A program made the translations under genes and the position numbers. The notes beneath the pieces are model-generated. The model was not told the DNA's origin, did not search any database, and worked only from the letters and a program-made list of their open reading frames with translations. From the NCBI GenBank assembly GCA_026026165.1, contig JAPEUD010000117.1, forward strand, positions 1 through 42,185: a DNA stretch of 42,185 nucleotides. Reading direction: 5' to 3'. The stretch comes from Sarea resinae (Eukaryota). Shown one piece after another: positions 12,501 to 23,942 of this stretch (positions are counted from its first letter, which is position 1; every line of letters begins with the position of its first letter).

Positions 12501-14461
12501 GCGCATGACGGTGAAAGTCTTACAAGGTAGCTTCGCCGGCGACGTCGTGTCCGCCAGGGAGACATTCTCATAAATTCTCGCACTCGCAATGAGGATCTCT
12601 TGCTTGTTCTCTTTCACATTCAGTGTTGTCCGTAGCGCCAAGCTCATGAGAGTCAGGGGAGGGGCTTCCAGATTGTCGGTTTCGCCCAAGGAAGAGATAA
12701 GGGCAGGCTTGGACACTTGGATTTCCAATTTACACCAAGATGCGTTGTTGACAGCGTTGAAATTGGCGTCTTCGATCTTCAGCCAGCAAGGCCCCATTAT
12801 ATTCTTCCATAAGACAAATTGCTCGAAAAGCGCCGTATTTGAGCCAAAGACATGCGAGAATGTCTCCCCGTCCAAGTCCATAGGCAAAGAGGGCTCTTCG
12901 TTCAGACGTTAGTTTGAGCTATGAACATTGCAGAAATAACAACTTACTGTCGTACGGATACAGTAGCTTCAGATACTCAGCCTCTTTCGGAACATCCGGA
13001 AGCTCAAAGGCATACTTTCGCTGGCAGGGTTTGATTTTATGCATCTGCACACGAAGCTTCGACATGAGATCGTCAACCTCTTCGTAAACATCACTCATCT
13101 CAACTTCCTCCGAGGTTTCTCGACCATGACCTGAAAGAGTCAACAACTAGTAGCTTTTCGATCATGAGATGATCACTTACGACGACGATTCTCTCTTGGG
13201 AGGAAGTATACCTTCCTCAGGATATTATCAACTTTCATAAAGCAGCTGACGTAGGCACCCGTTCTCTTGTTCTTGACCTTCCCAAAGAGGCACAAGCTGC
13301 CATTGACCTCTATGTAGTCAAGCCAAAACATCCGTAAGCTACCATCTTCCTCTAGAGCGTCTTCTGGCTTCAGCTTTCCAAAGCCTGTAGCCTCAGTAGC
13401 TGGGCTACTTAGAACGTTGAGCTTGTCCGTAACATCATTCCAGGTAGATGCATCAACATTCTCGGGGGGTGGCCTGGTGGGAGAAGAGCTAGCAGGCGAA
13501 GGATATGCTTGTTTCTTCGCCTTTGCAACCTGCCTTGAACCAGAAATATTAACGCCTGCCACCATGGCGGAGCCGCCAACAGCCTGAGCAACCTCCATCA
13601 TGTCATCGTCGTCCCCTTCCTCCAGTTTGGCCGGAGCGTGGCCCCTCCGTTCCACAGCCTTTGCAACAGGTGAGGAAGGCAAGTGAAGATCACTCATGGG
13701 CACATCGTCATCATCATCCATGCCTCGAACGAAGCCGTCATCGTCATCAGGGTTTGCTTCGACGGGAATGTCCGTAAGTTGCTCGTCATTGGCCATCGAA
13801 TTCATACGAGTAAATTTAGGCATGGATTTCGAGACCGGTGGTGACAGGACTCGCGTCTTGCGACGGGCTTCAGACTTGATAGCCATCCTTGGCGGCGATC
13901 TTCTTCGAGTGGCAGCATTATGGGAGAGATCGGTAAGCAAGTCCTCGATGAAATGCTTGTCTTCTGCTGTAGTGACGGGCTATAGTAGAGAGATGAGTAT
14001 CATCCTTCTCAACAGTGGAAGTGAGACATACGGCCGGCTTGGGTGCAGCAGCGACCTGGCCCCTGCTCAAGTATTTGCTGATCCCGTTGTTGATTATCTC
14101 TTTCTTTTCCTGGTCTTGCTCACGCTTTCTCTTGGCTAAAGCGAATTAGCCATGCCTCACACGACTCGTCGAGGTCATGCTTACCAGCCTTGCCCTTCAA
14201 CGGCAGCTCGTCCTCGCTTTCACTCTCGTATGTTCGCTGTTCATGAGACCAGTCCTCCCGTCCGTCGTCGGTATAACCCTCGCCATTGTCGTCAATGACA
14301 AAGTCATCCTCATCCAGACGTCTCCTGACGACTTTCTTGTAGCCTTCTTCGTCGACTTCCTCGTAGATCTTCTCTTCGTCCTGAAGTTCGTACGTGTCAA
14401 GGCGCTTCTTACCTGCGGCGCGAAGGGCCCGAAGCTCGGCGAACTTGCTTCGTGGCGGCAT
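9590..14461 (-). CDS. POL1: DNA polymerase alpha catalytic subunit (family B); 10 exons: 14461-14185, 14135-14032, 13979-13181, 13130-12948, 12895-12159, 12105-11551, 11501-10903, 10851-10719, 10657-10447, 10395-9590 (1467 aa)
   Basis: Family-B motifs [22 protein letters not shown] and YGDTDS; Pol alpha N-terminal [13 protein letters not shown]-terminal Cys clusters (CRYC..C..C and CDDPSC..C..C). All nine introns have GT..AG ends and the summed exon length (4404 nt) is a multiple of 3. Confidence 0.96.
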
Positions 14462-14659
14462 GATGTCCGAGAGCTGTAGGAGCTTGAAGATGTATGCTCG
14501 AAGTGCTCTTGATCGAAGATCCTCAAGCCGGAGGAATTGAAGGTAAGAGAGATGTCATGAAGTGCTGTTGCATTCAATGCTAGAGTACAATTTAGAGGTT
14601 TGGCTCAGGTGTTCGACGTGTACTCATGGCATTGAAGCCAGCAGGGGTAAACGGGTGGA

Positions 14660-14748
14660 ACGCGTGAAAGTCGCGTACTACAGCGTACGGAGTACACCAA
14701 GGTACTGGAGTACTCGGTAATTGGCGTCCGGCTGGACGCTGGACGCGA
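14660..14748. promoter_or_regulatory. MCB (MluI cell-cycle box) elements upstream of POL1: ACGCGT 14660-14665, TCGCGT 14671-14676, ACGCGA 14743-14748
   Basis: Three ACGCG-core sites 200-290 bp upstream of the POL1 ATG. MBF/MCB control of DNA replication genes at G1/S is established in ascomycetes; function at this locus is inferred. Confidence 0.6.
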
Positions 14749-15894
14749 TTCCTGTCCGTCGTACAGAGATGGATTACATAATAGACTTTTATGAGGGATT
14801 ACAGATACCCCCTCGAACGGTAAAGTCCATCACTAAGCAGGTCATCTGTTCGTACCAGTGCGTACGCAGCACCGCGCAGTATGGAGTACTCTACGGGATA
14901 TCCTGTACAGCATTACTAAATGGACGGGCTCTAGTTGGTTTCTTCCCGCAAAGCCAGATATCGATGACGTCGAGATAGAGGAGGCCGCCTCAAGCATCAA
15001 TCAGCATACCTTACCTTACTCGGTAGCAACGCACTCCGTAGGATTGCTGCTGTGCTTTTCGCTCTGATTTTTAAAGAGAGAGGTGTCTAGACCCTGGGCC
15101 CTAAGCACCAACCCCCTTGGTTTCAAAGAAATTCAATGAAAGCTTCTCCCCTTCTGGCCTTCTAGAAGTTCTAGAAGGATGGTTTCTCCGTTGGAAGACA
15201 TCTGCTGCCACGACAACAGCGCAACGAATGACTCAACACAACGACGTCGAGAATCCTGGTGCGGTATCGGCCGGATGAATCGGTCCTTCTCCACTACTCC
15301 ACGAGATGCCATCATGGTCGATCGAAGCCATCCATTGCGTTCGGAAGACGTAAGGACGAGAAAGAGTGAAAGAGCGAAAGGGCCGAGGAGGCCAACACTG
15401 CCGAGTAGGTGCACGGTAATATCAATAATCTGACAGGCCAGGCCCGCCCGCTGCCATGCCTGCGGTGGCGATACGTACTTGATGCTGTGCCAGACCGGCC
15501 TGGCTGACATGATCACCCTGCATTACTGTACTCTACTATGCACTGTGTCCAAATAAGGTGACGGATGGCTCGGCAGATGATGCGGAATCGCACTTCTCAT
15601 GATACTTCAGCATGGAAGTCTGCTCACTAAGAGGGCGGATCCGACCGAGTCAATTTACCTTCCCCGCATTCAGCCCAAACTCGAATGGGCCAAGCCCCTC
15701 TTTGGCCGAAGATCCTCCACACGCCGAGTGAATAGACATAAATACTGTCTGCCCTACAAGCCATCTCGTTCTTCTCTTGCCACCTGTATTTCCTCCTACA
15801 CCGATCGACTTCTGTCCTCTTGTCGTTGAATCCGCCATAGCATCACAGTTACAGAACAGCAACTACTTGATTGATCATTCGACATTCCGCCATC

Positions 15895-17479
15895 ATGGTT
15901 GCTCCGGACGATAAGCCAGCAGGCACTCTCCGTTATGACGAGAAGCCGGTCTATACCACGTCCAATGGCTGTCCGATCATGAACCCGCAGACCGCACAGC
16001 GGGTGGGCGACGATGGTCCGCTCTTGCTTCAAGACTTCCACTTGATCGATCTCCTTGCCCACTTCGACCGTGAGCGTATCCCAGAGCGTGTCGTCCACGC
16101 CAAGGGCGCCGGTGCATATGGCGAGTTCGAAGTCACGGATGATATCAGCGATATCGTATGTATCCGGTCAAATTATCATGTCGCACATCCACGCTAACTT
16201 CTATCAGTCTTCCATCAACATGTTGAATGGTGTCGGCAAGAAGACCAAGTGTGTAGCTCGGTTTTCCACCGTCGGTGGTGAAAAGGGATCCCCAGACACT
16301 GCCCGGGACCCTCGAGGATTTTCCATCAAGTTCTATACCGAGGAGGGCAATTGGGATTGGGTCTTCAACAACACCCCAATCTTCTTCCTGAGAGATCCTA
16401 CCCTGTTCCCGCTCTTTATCCACACCCAGAAGCGAAACCCTCAGACCAACTTGAAGGACGCAAGCATGTTCTGGGACTACCTCTCCACCCACCAGGAATC
16501 TGTCCACCAGGTCATGCACCTTTTCAGTGACCGAGGCACCCCTTACTCGTACCGCCACATGAACGGCTACTCGGGCCACACGTACAAGTTCACCAAGCCC
16601 GATGGTAGCTTCAAGTATGTGCAGATCCACCTCAAGACGGATCAAGGCAGTAAGACGTTCAATAACGATGAGGCCGGCAAATTGGCGTCCGAGAACCCGG
16701 ACTGGAATACTCAGGATCTCTTCGACGCTATTCAAAACGGCGACTACCCCACCTGGACCGTCTACGTGCAGGTGCTCGACCCCGCCGACGCGGAGAAATT
16801 CCGATGGAACATCTTCGACTTGACCAAGGTGTGGCCCCAGGGCGAGATTCCTCTCCGCCGAATCGGCAAATTCACTCTCAACAAAAACCCTGAGAACTAC
16901 TTCGCCGAGATCGAGCAAGTTGCCTTCTCGCCCTCACACCTTGTTCCAGGCTTCGAGCCATCCGCCGACCCAGTCCTTCAATCTCGCCTCTTCTCCTACC
17001 CCGACACTCATCGCCACCGCCTGGGCGTGAACTACCAACAAATCCCCGTCAACTGCCCGCTCAAGTCCTTCTCTCCTTACCAGAGAGACGGCCTCATGTC
17101 TGTGAACGGCAACTACGGCGCCAACCCCAACTACCCGTCGTCGTTCCGCCCACTGAGCTACACCTCGGTGAAGCCGAACCAGGAGCACGAGAAATGGGCT
17201 GGCGCCGCCACGGCGAAGCAGCTACCGCTCACCGACGAGGACTTTGTGCAGCCCGCACGCCTGTGGGAGGTTCTCGGCAAGCAACCCGGCCAACAGGACA
17301 ACTTCGTCGGCAACGTCGCCGGGCATCTCAGCGCCGCCCGCGACGAGGTCCGCAAGAACACCTACGAGATGTTCTCGCGCGTCAACAAGGACCTGGGCAA
17401 GCGAATCGAGGAGGCCACCGAGGAGAAGGCCGTGCCACCCGACTCGCAGGCCAACGGGTCCGCGCGACCAAGACTGTAG
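15895..17479 (+). CDS. Small-subunit monofunctional heme catalase, probably peroxisomal (CatC/Cta1 type); exons 15895-16155 and 16208-17479 (510 aa)
   Basis: Active-site signature [38 protein letters not shown]; proximal heme ligand motif [14 protein letters not shown]; intron 16156-16207 (GTATGT..GCTAAC..CAG); C-terminal PTS1-like tripeptide PRL. Confidence 0.96.
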
Positions 17480-17906
17480 ATTTGGGGGGATGGCATCATC
17501 ACAGCGGCCAAGCGCGTCGCAGTGTCTGTTTGAGAAGAATGCGAAGAGACGGGTGGGAGAATGATTGAATGCATAAGAAATCCCCTCCTTTTTCTTTTCT
17601 CGTCCCCTCCACGCCGGCTTCGGCGTTCTTATTAATATTCTGGATCCGCGTCATGAATCAGTAGTTATTAGTACGAGCATGAATATAAATGAACATAATC
17701 AATCCATCTTCCATTGCCCCACCGGCCATCTCATATATATATATCCCCTCACTCCTTTTCCATTCAATACCGTACAAACGCACATCACATACAAAGGACA
17801 TCGATAGACCGTGTCCCATCAAGCAAGCCCGTATCATGCACCGTTGCAGCTCCAAAGTAATAGAACCGAAAGCAACTCAGGTAGGCCAGGGACCGCCTGT
17901 GCATTT

Positions 17907-18096
17907 CATCCATCCATCCATCCATCCATCCATCCATCAACAGCATCAATCCAGTCCAGTCCAGTCCAGCACTCTAGAACTACCCTATTAGCATTTTCCT
18001 CTCTCTGTCTCTCTCCCCTCTCCTCTCCTCTTCCTCCTCACCTCCTCACCCCCCTTTTTTTCGGGGCCGCAGATTGAGCCGCAGTAATCGCGCGTA

Positions 18097-18127
<31 letters not shown>

Positions 18128-18348
18128 GCGTGTGCGTGTCGAGGGGGGCCGGAAGTTGATATGTATGTTATATGCAATACTCTGGCCAACGATCCTGCTG
18201 CCTGCTGGCCATCAACCTGTCATTGGGTACGGTACAGTATCAGTATGTTTGCATGGTCGGTCCTTCGACGGGCACATAGGCATATAGGCACTTAGGCACA
18301 GAGGCACATAGGTATACCGGTCGGTAGGTAAGGCAGGCAGGCAGGCAG
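17907..18348. repeat. Microsatellite cluster between the convergent catalase and RER1 3' ends: (CATC)n 17907-17938, (CCAGT)n near 17951-17969, (GT)n 18097-18139, (GGCA)n near 18332-18348
   Basis: Tandem repeats read directly from the sequence. Confidence 0.9.
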
Positions 18349-19166
18349 GTAAGGGAAGGATGCCTGTAGGAAAACGGCTTATATAGCACCTCGGGCTCCA
18401 TTTCCAGTGAGAAGGATTTGTGCAGCGCGATTCATACAACAACAACAAAGCTATCTAAAGTTGTCGTCCCCCCTCCCCCGCCGCCGCCGAACACAAGAAA
18501 GTCCTCTGATCACCGAGATGCAAATAGGATAGAATGAAACGAAATCCGAACACGAATAAAGCTTATCACATTGAACAAGCACGGGACAGAAACAATGGGA
18601 GCGAGCGCCCCGTTCCCTTTTGGCCACGCTGGCTACGCTTTACTTCGCTGGGGTCGTAGGTCAGGTATGCTCGCGGGCATGCAGCTAGGTAGGCCGATGG
18701 GCGCTAGGGACAAGGAGAGGGAGGGAGAGAGGGGGGGACATGAGAGAGCATCAACAAAACAGTTCAACGATTATTTCATTTCGTCCTTTTCTTCTGCATC
18801 GTACAAGATAGCGTATCTGGTACGCGTACACGTGATATGAGAGGTGGAATGTGGGAGTGAAAGCGGAGGCTAAGCTGAAGATAAAAATAAGGTAGGTGGA
18901 AATCGGTTTTGCTCGTGATTTGATTTGGTTTGAATCGACGGGGATAGAGGCACGAGAAAGGTAATTAGGAGGAAAGGGGCAAAAATGGGATGTTCGAACG
19001 AGGACATGACCGCCGTGTGAATTTTCATAGTTCCCTTCTGGCTTCTATCCTTCATCCTCTTTCTTCCGCTGTTCCCGTGGCCATATCTAATCAGTGGTTT
19101 GAGGAAGTGTGGTGGCGGATTGTGAAAGAGGAAAGAAATGAGCAATGCTACAGAAACGAAGAGAGC

Positions 19167-19980
19167 TTATTTTGCGTTGCGGTTGTAGCGCGCTTTGCCA
19201 AAGGTGAAAGGCACGTAGCGATACTTGATCATGTGTTGGATCTGGCGGCGCACTGAGGTTGAATAAAGGATTAGGATATGTGATGTACGTAGGGGACTTT
19301 AAGTGGGGGCGCGACTCACTCGTCAAGCAAACCAGAATCAACCAGTAGATCACCAAGACGGGCCAGAAGACAGGAATGTCAAAGATGGAGAACCAGCTGC
19401 AGACGAAAGCAATGGCAATGGCGCGCGTGGCCGAGTACCAAAATTTGAACTCTGGCAATCGGCGAATGAAAGGCCGGAACTCCTCGTCTTGCTTGGTGGG
19501 CAGGCCTCCCGCGGCGCCGTCTTCCATCCCCTCATCTTGTTCAAGCGATGGGTCGAATTTCGGCGTTAAGAAGGCGAGAAAGAGGTTGAGAAGGTAGATA
19601 CCCACGGTGTAGCAGACTGACAAATCGTTACGTTAGCTTGAACATCCCAAGGAGCGGGGCGGGAGCAACGCGAGGAGGGGTCGCCGGAAGGGCGTTGGTG
19701 ATGAAATACCTATGTACCAGCCCTGGGCTAGGACGATCCGGAGCAGAAAGAGGAGAAACAGCGCGCCAGTGCCTATCCAACGATACGATGCATGTGGAAC
19801 GGATTTATCAAGGTAGGCTTGGTATTGCTGCATCGCGAATGGTTCCGATTAGTTTTGAAGGGCTTGTGGACAACTTTGCCTGCTCTGGGAAGGCCAGGAT
19901 ATATCACGCACCGTTGCGAATCGCGATCCTTGCGCAGACATGGCTGCGAAGGGCGTTTGATCTGGCTCTGGGGCGTCCAT
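19167..19980 (-). CDS. RER1: Rer1, Golgi-to-ER retrieval receptor; exons 19980-19912, 19827-19710, 19616-19320, 19252-19167 (189 aa)
   Basis: Motifs YQAYLDK, QGWYIVCY, YLLNLFLAFLTPKFDP, EFRPFIRRLPEFKFW, DIPVFWPVL and MRRQIQHMIKYRYVPF; three GT..AG introns restore one frame. Confidence 0.95.
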
Positions 19981-21657
19981 CGTGAAGTTTTCCGAGTAGG
20001 TGATATGCGCGCGGCCCCTTGAAGATGGTTGTTGTGTTGGAGTTGCCGTCCGCTGGTCCCAATTGTCTGTCCAATAAAATCTCCCAACGTGTGAAAGAAT
20101 AGGGAGATGGGAAGGAGGGCTGAAAAGAATGATGCTGCCTTTTCCTGTTGATGTTCGAGAGTGGAGGGTTGAGGGACAGTGGTGTAGTAGCCCTGTTGGT
20201 GATGGGGTCGGACAGGCTTGGAGGACAGATTTAGTTGACTTTTGACTTGACTGCTAACTCGTAATTGACTGACAGATTTCTAGTACAGGCAGTACCACAT
20301 ACTCTGTACTCTGTAGTACGCGCGATAACTCGATAGAGCGAGTTTGGGCTGGCAAGCTGAGGGGTACTAGGGCGTACTCAAACAGTACTTGTGCCGACCC
20401 CGTCATTCAGCGGCCCGTGGGGTATTGAAAGGGGGTCTCGAGGTCTCAAGTACTGAGTACATATTTCAAGCTGTGAAACAGCAAGAGTAAAGTGGGTACC
20501 TCATACACTCTGCGCACTGCCGACCAACCCTTAACCTCAGTGCTCGTTATCCCCGCGATATGACCGTGATATATAACAGAGCTCTCTACTCTCCAAGGTA
20601 GCCAGGCTCTTATTGTTTCCTTTACGATCAGAACATAGTCTGTATATCATCTATGAGGTACTCGGGTCTCACGTTCCAATTAGCACATTGTTCCTCAACT
20701 GTCATCTATTCCCTTCAGCATTGAATCATATACACTTCGCTTGGCTTACACCTCTAAGAAGTTTGTATCTAATAGAAAAAACCCTAAACACTTTTATAAT
20801 CCCTTACTCTTATTCAGAGCTGTAGTAAGCAGTAAGATAGCTTCTGACCTTTATTAGACGCTGGCTCATGCCTATACCTATATCACATCGTCTGATACAA
20901 ACAACAAAGGATCAACTTAGGTATATTAAAGTAGAATCCCTAACACCTGCGAGGCAATACCACTGTATAGAAACACAGTAATAATGATAAAGTAAATGCA
21001 TCCTCAAACATTTTTATTCTTATTCTTATTTTTATTTTTCTATAGCTGCCTCTAGTGCAGGCCTAGTCGTGTCTCTAAAATTGCGCCAGATAAGTATATC
21101 CTATATTCAGGTAGGTGCCAGAACTCCAGAGCCAGCCCGAGCGCGGGGCCGCGGACTCGGCCATTCCTCCGACGGACCATCGGTCCCTGGCACCTGTTTT
21201 CGACATTTTTCGTCGAACATCTCAGTTGTCGACTCCGGAGCTCCGTCCACTCATCGCTATGCCTCACCTCGTACCAGCAGCATCTTCACGTAGATCGTTA
21301 CCGAGGCTGGATAATCTTCGTGAATATGATCGGAGGAGGGCTTTGACGCCGCCATCATCCCTTGGCAGGGGCTTCGAAGGTGATGATTTTGGGGGATTTT
21401 CTTATGGATATTTATATAGCATAAGGTGGTTCGAAGGGACGCAAACGATTGGCCCGCCCGCACATGGTCACTACAGAACTTATTACATGTAATCGATGGC
21501 AGGAAGCCAAATATCTGAATTCATTTGAATGATCGTGAAACCCTCATAATCCGTCCCATAGCCGTGACCGTAGAACGCAAGCAAATTTAACGAATACACA
21601 CGTCCCCTTCAGAAAATAACGAATTCATATCCACAAGTGTTGCCAAATGCACCACGC

Positions 21658-22056
21658 TTACAACCCCAGCGGGTTGCTGCCGTCCTGCTTCTTTCCGCCA
21701 ATCTGGCCAGTGGTGTCCTGTGCCGTCTTGCCGACTCCCTTCGTCGTGTTGCCAACGCCCTCAGTGGCGCCGCCCACAGTGTTGCCAACACCCTTTCCAG
21801 CTGAGCCGACGGTGTCGCCGACCGTATTGGTTACACCGCCGACCGTCTTCCCAACTGTGTCTGTCACGCCGCCGAGAATGCCTGTCACACCACCGAGGAG
21901 GCCTAATTAGTATTGAATTAGTCTCGAAAAAGCGCTGCAGATTTCGATATATGACGAAAAGGATGATGGCGGCGGAAGGGAGAATATGATAGGGCTGAGA
22001 GGCAGTGAGCGTTAAAAAGGGAGGAGAGACAAACCACCTTGGTCGTTGCCTGACAT
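21658..22056 (-). CDS. Small Gly/Thr/Val-rich 11-mer-repeat protein (LEA group 3 / hydrophilin-like); exons 22056-22035 and 21902-21658 (88 aa)
   Basis: Spliced product MSGNDQGGLLGGVTGILGGVTDTVGKTVGGVTNTVGDTVGSAGKGVGNTVGGATEGVGNTTKGVGKTAQDTTGQIGGKKQDGSNPLGL. ATG in strong context (GCAAATATG) after a CA-rich leader; intron 21903-22034 (GTTTGT..CTAAT..TAG); C-rich third codon positions. Family assignment is inferred from the periodicity and composition. Confidence 0.8.
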
Positions 22057-22635
22057 ATTTGCTGTGTAGTGGTGGTGGTGGGGTTTGATTTGTGTGTTGT
22101 AGATAGAGAGCTTGTGGTAGTTCTGCGAACCGAAAGTAGAATTAGCTGATAATGTTCTCCGTGTGAGCTCGTGGATATCAACGTTTCTCCAAAGGGTTGG
22201 GACCAATGCGAGAGCCGGCCCACGAGCGTTTCAAGGCAGTTGAGATAATCACTCCGTGAACATAACCATGGGGTCATCCATGAGAGGATATAGATATGGC
22301 TACCTCAGAGCGGTGGAGCATAATGACGCGCGCAGTAATGAAGGAAAAGGAGCAGTTAAACCCACCTTATGATTATTGACTGGACTTGAAGATTGAGATG
22401 TTGGTTGATGGAGAAAAATCGTAAAGGGAGATGCGACCCCGCGTTTATATAGGATCGAGACGGTCTAAGACCTGCCCATACCCTTTCTCAGTAGAGCTTA
22501 CCGCATGGACATCTCCGCATGGGCAATTCTACATGGGCATTTGCCCTTCCCCTCTACGTCTGCTCAAGCCACACAAGCCGTTTGCGCGTCATAGAGTGTC
22601 TCGTCCCCAACCCAACAACCCCAAAGCGGCGGGGC

Positions 22636-22643
22636 TGACGTCA
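22636..22643. promoter_or_regulatory. Perfect ATF/CREB site TGACGTCA about 580 bp upstream of the LEA-like gene, with STRE-like AGGGG nearby (22681, about 22703)
   Basis: Exact 8-bp palindrome in the sequence. ATF-type bZIP factors (Atf1/AtfA) drive spore and stress genes in ascomycetes; assignment to this gene is inferred. Confidence 0.4.
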
Positions 22644-23942
22644 AGGTTCGTCTCGGACTACCGCACCTCATGGGGCATGTAGGGGGCGGATGTCACCAGT
22701 GGAGGGGCAACGTACGCTAGGTGTACTTCTCACATGGATGCTCGATATACTCCGGAGTAGGTGAGGAGAGGTAGTGGACGACACGACTATCCATTTGGTC
22801 ATTCGTCGGCCATCGGTCGTAGATTGGGATCCATTCTGCATATGGGAGCCCTAGGCTATACTTGACGTTCCCTGTCGTCAGGCTCTGGTCTTGATTGCCA
22901 TACTAAGTCGCTAGAGGCGCTGAGGTGGCCGGATGGCCATACCCAGAGTGAGGTAGGTGATAGCAGATATCGCAAACGTCAGTCTGCCACAGTACTACAT
23001 AATACCTAAGGTACCGTATGTAGGAACATGCGGGGCCGCGCTGGTAATGATCCATATTCGACAATCGGATACCTTTGGGGATCTTCCATCTATCTCTCGA
23101 GTACCTAGTAGGTACCTTCCCTACCACTCTACCCCATAATCACTAGAGGTACCTACGCAGTAGGTCAGCTACCACTACTAGTAGAGTACTTCAGTACGTA
23201 CTGCTTTAGGTCTCCATCCTACGAGATTGTGGAAGACCGATCGACGTCAAGGGGCCCCACAGCTTGTTTCAGGGTCTCGGATCAGCCAAGCTGTCAGAAG
23301 ATCGAAGAGTACAGATCTCCCGATGATCAATGATGTACGATGCATCCATACTCTAATCGCGCTGCATGAGACGGGGCCAAGGTTCCAAGTTTCTGTCCAT
23401 GCCATGCGGCCCCTGCCAGCTCGGAAGGCGAATGGCCAAATGGATTTATATCATAGCTTCAAATAGAGTAGGCTGCTCGCAAATCATATCGAGGTAGCAA
23501 GCAGAGCTGCGTACTATGTAATATGTAAGTCAGGTACAGTAGTGGGCTGGCTTTGGCACGCACAACACTAACATGCGATACGAGATGTGCATCGCAACAA
23601 CGCAAGCCACTGTCGTCAACGCCTGCGGCCCTGCCTCGATCAACGCCTTGGAAGCAAAGATTGAGCTCATCCGATAGGTCATGTAGACCCATGGCAATAG
23701 CTTTCGACCTGATTGGGTCTGCGCATGCAACAGTGACAGCGATGCCTCTAACTTCTAGCACCCTCGGAGTTCCCGATTCACCCTATCCGCGTTCCCGAAT
23801 CTGCACCAGCAAAAACGTGCCAGAATATTCCCACGAGCCAGGGTCCTATCTGGGCTGCTCACCCTTACGACTACCCCGGTAAGTCCCAGCTTCCGAAACG
23901 GCGGTTGCATATATCGCTCGACTGACCTGTTTTCCAGTATCT

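Noticed and set aside
16145..16918. 257-aa antisense ORF over catalase, and similar antisense ORFs over eIF4G, ATG15 and GPHR (e.g. 39901-40554)
   Set aside because: Expected shadow of strong sense-strand codon bias; no recognisable domains.
20779..20787. AAACCCTAA as a telomere repeat or telomerase RNA template
   Set aside because: Single short match in an AT-rich tract; not tandem and not a full TAACCCTAA template; no supporting structure.
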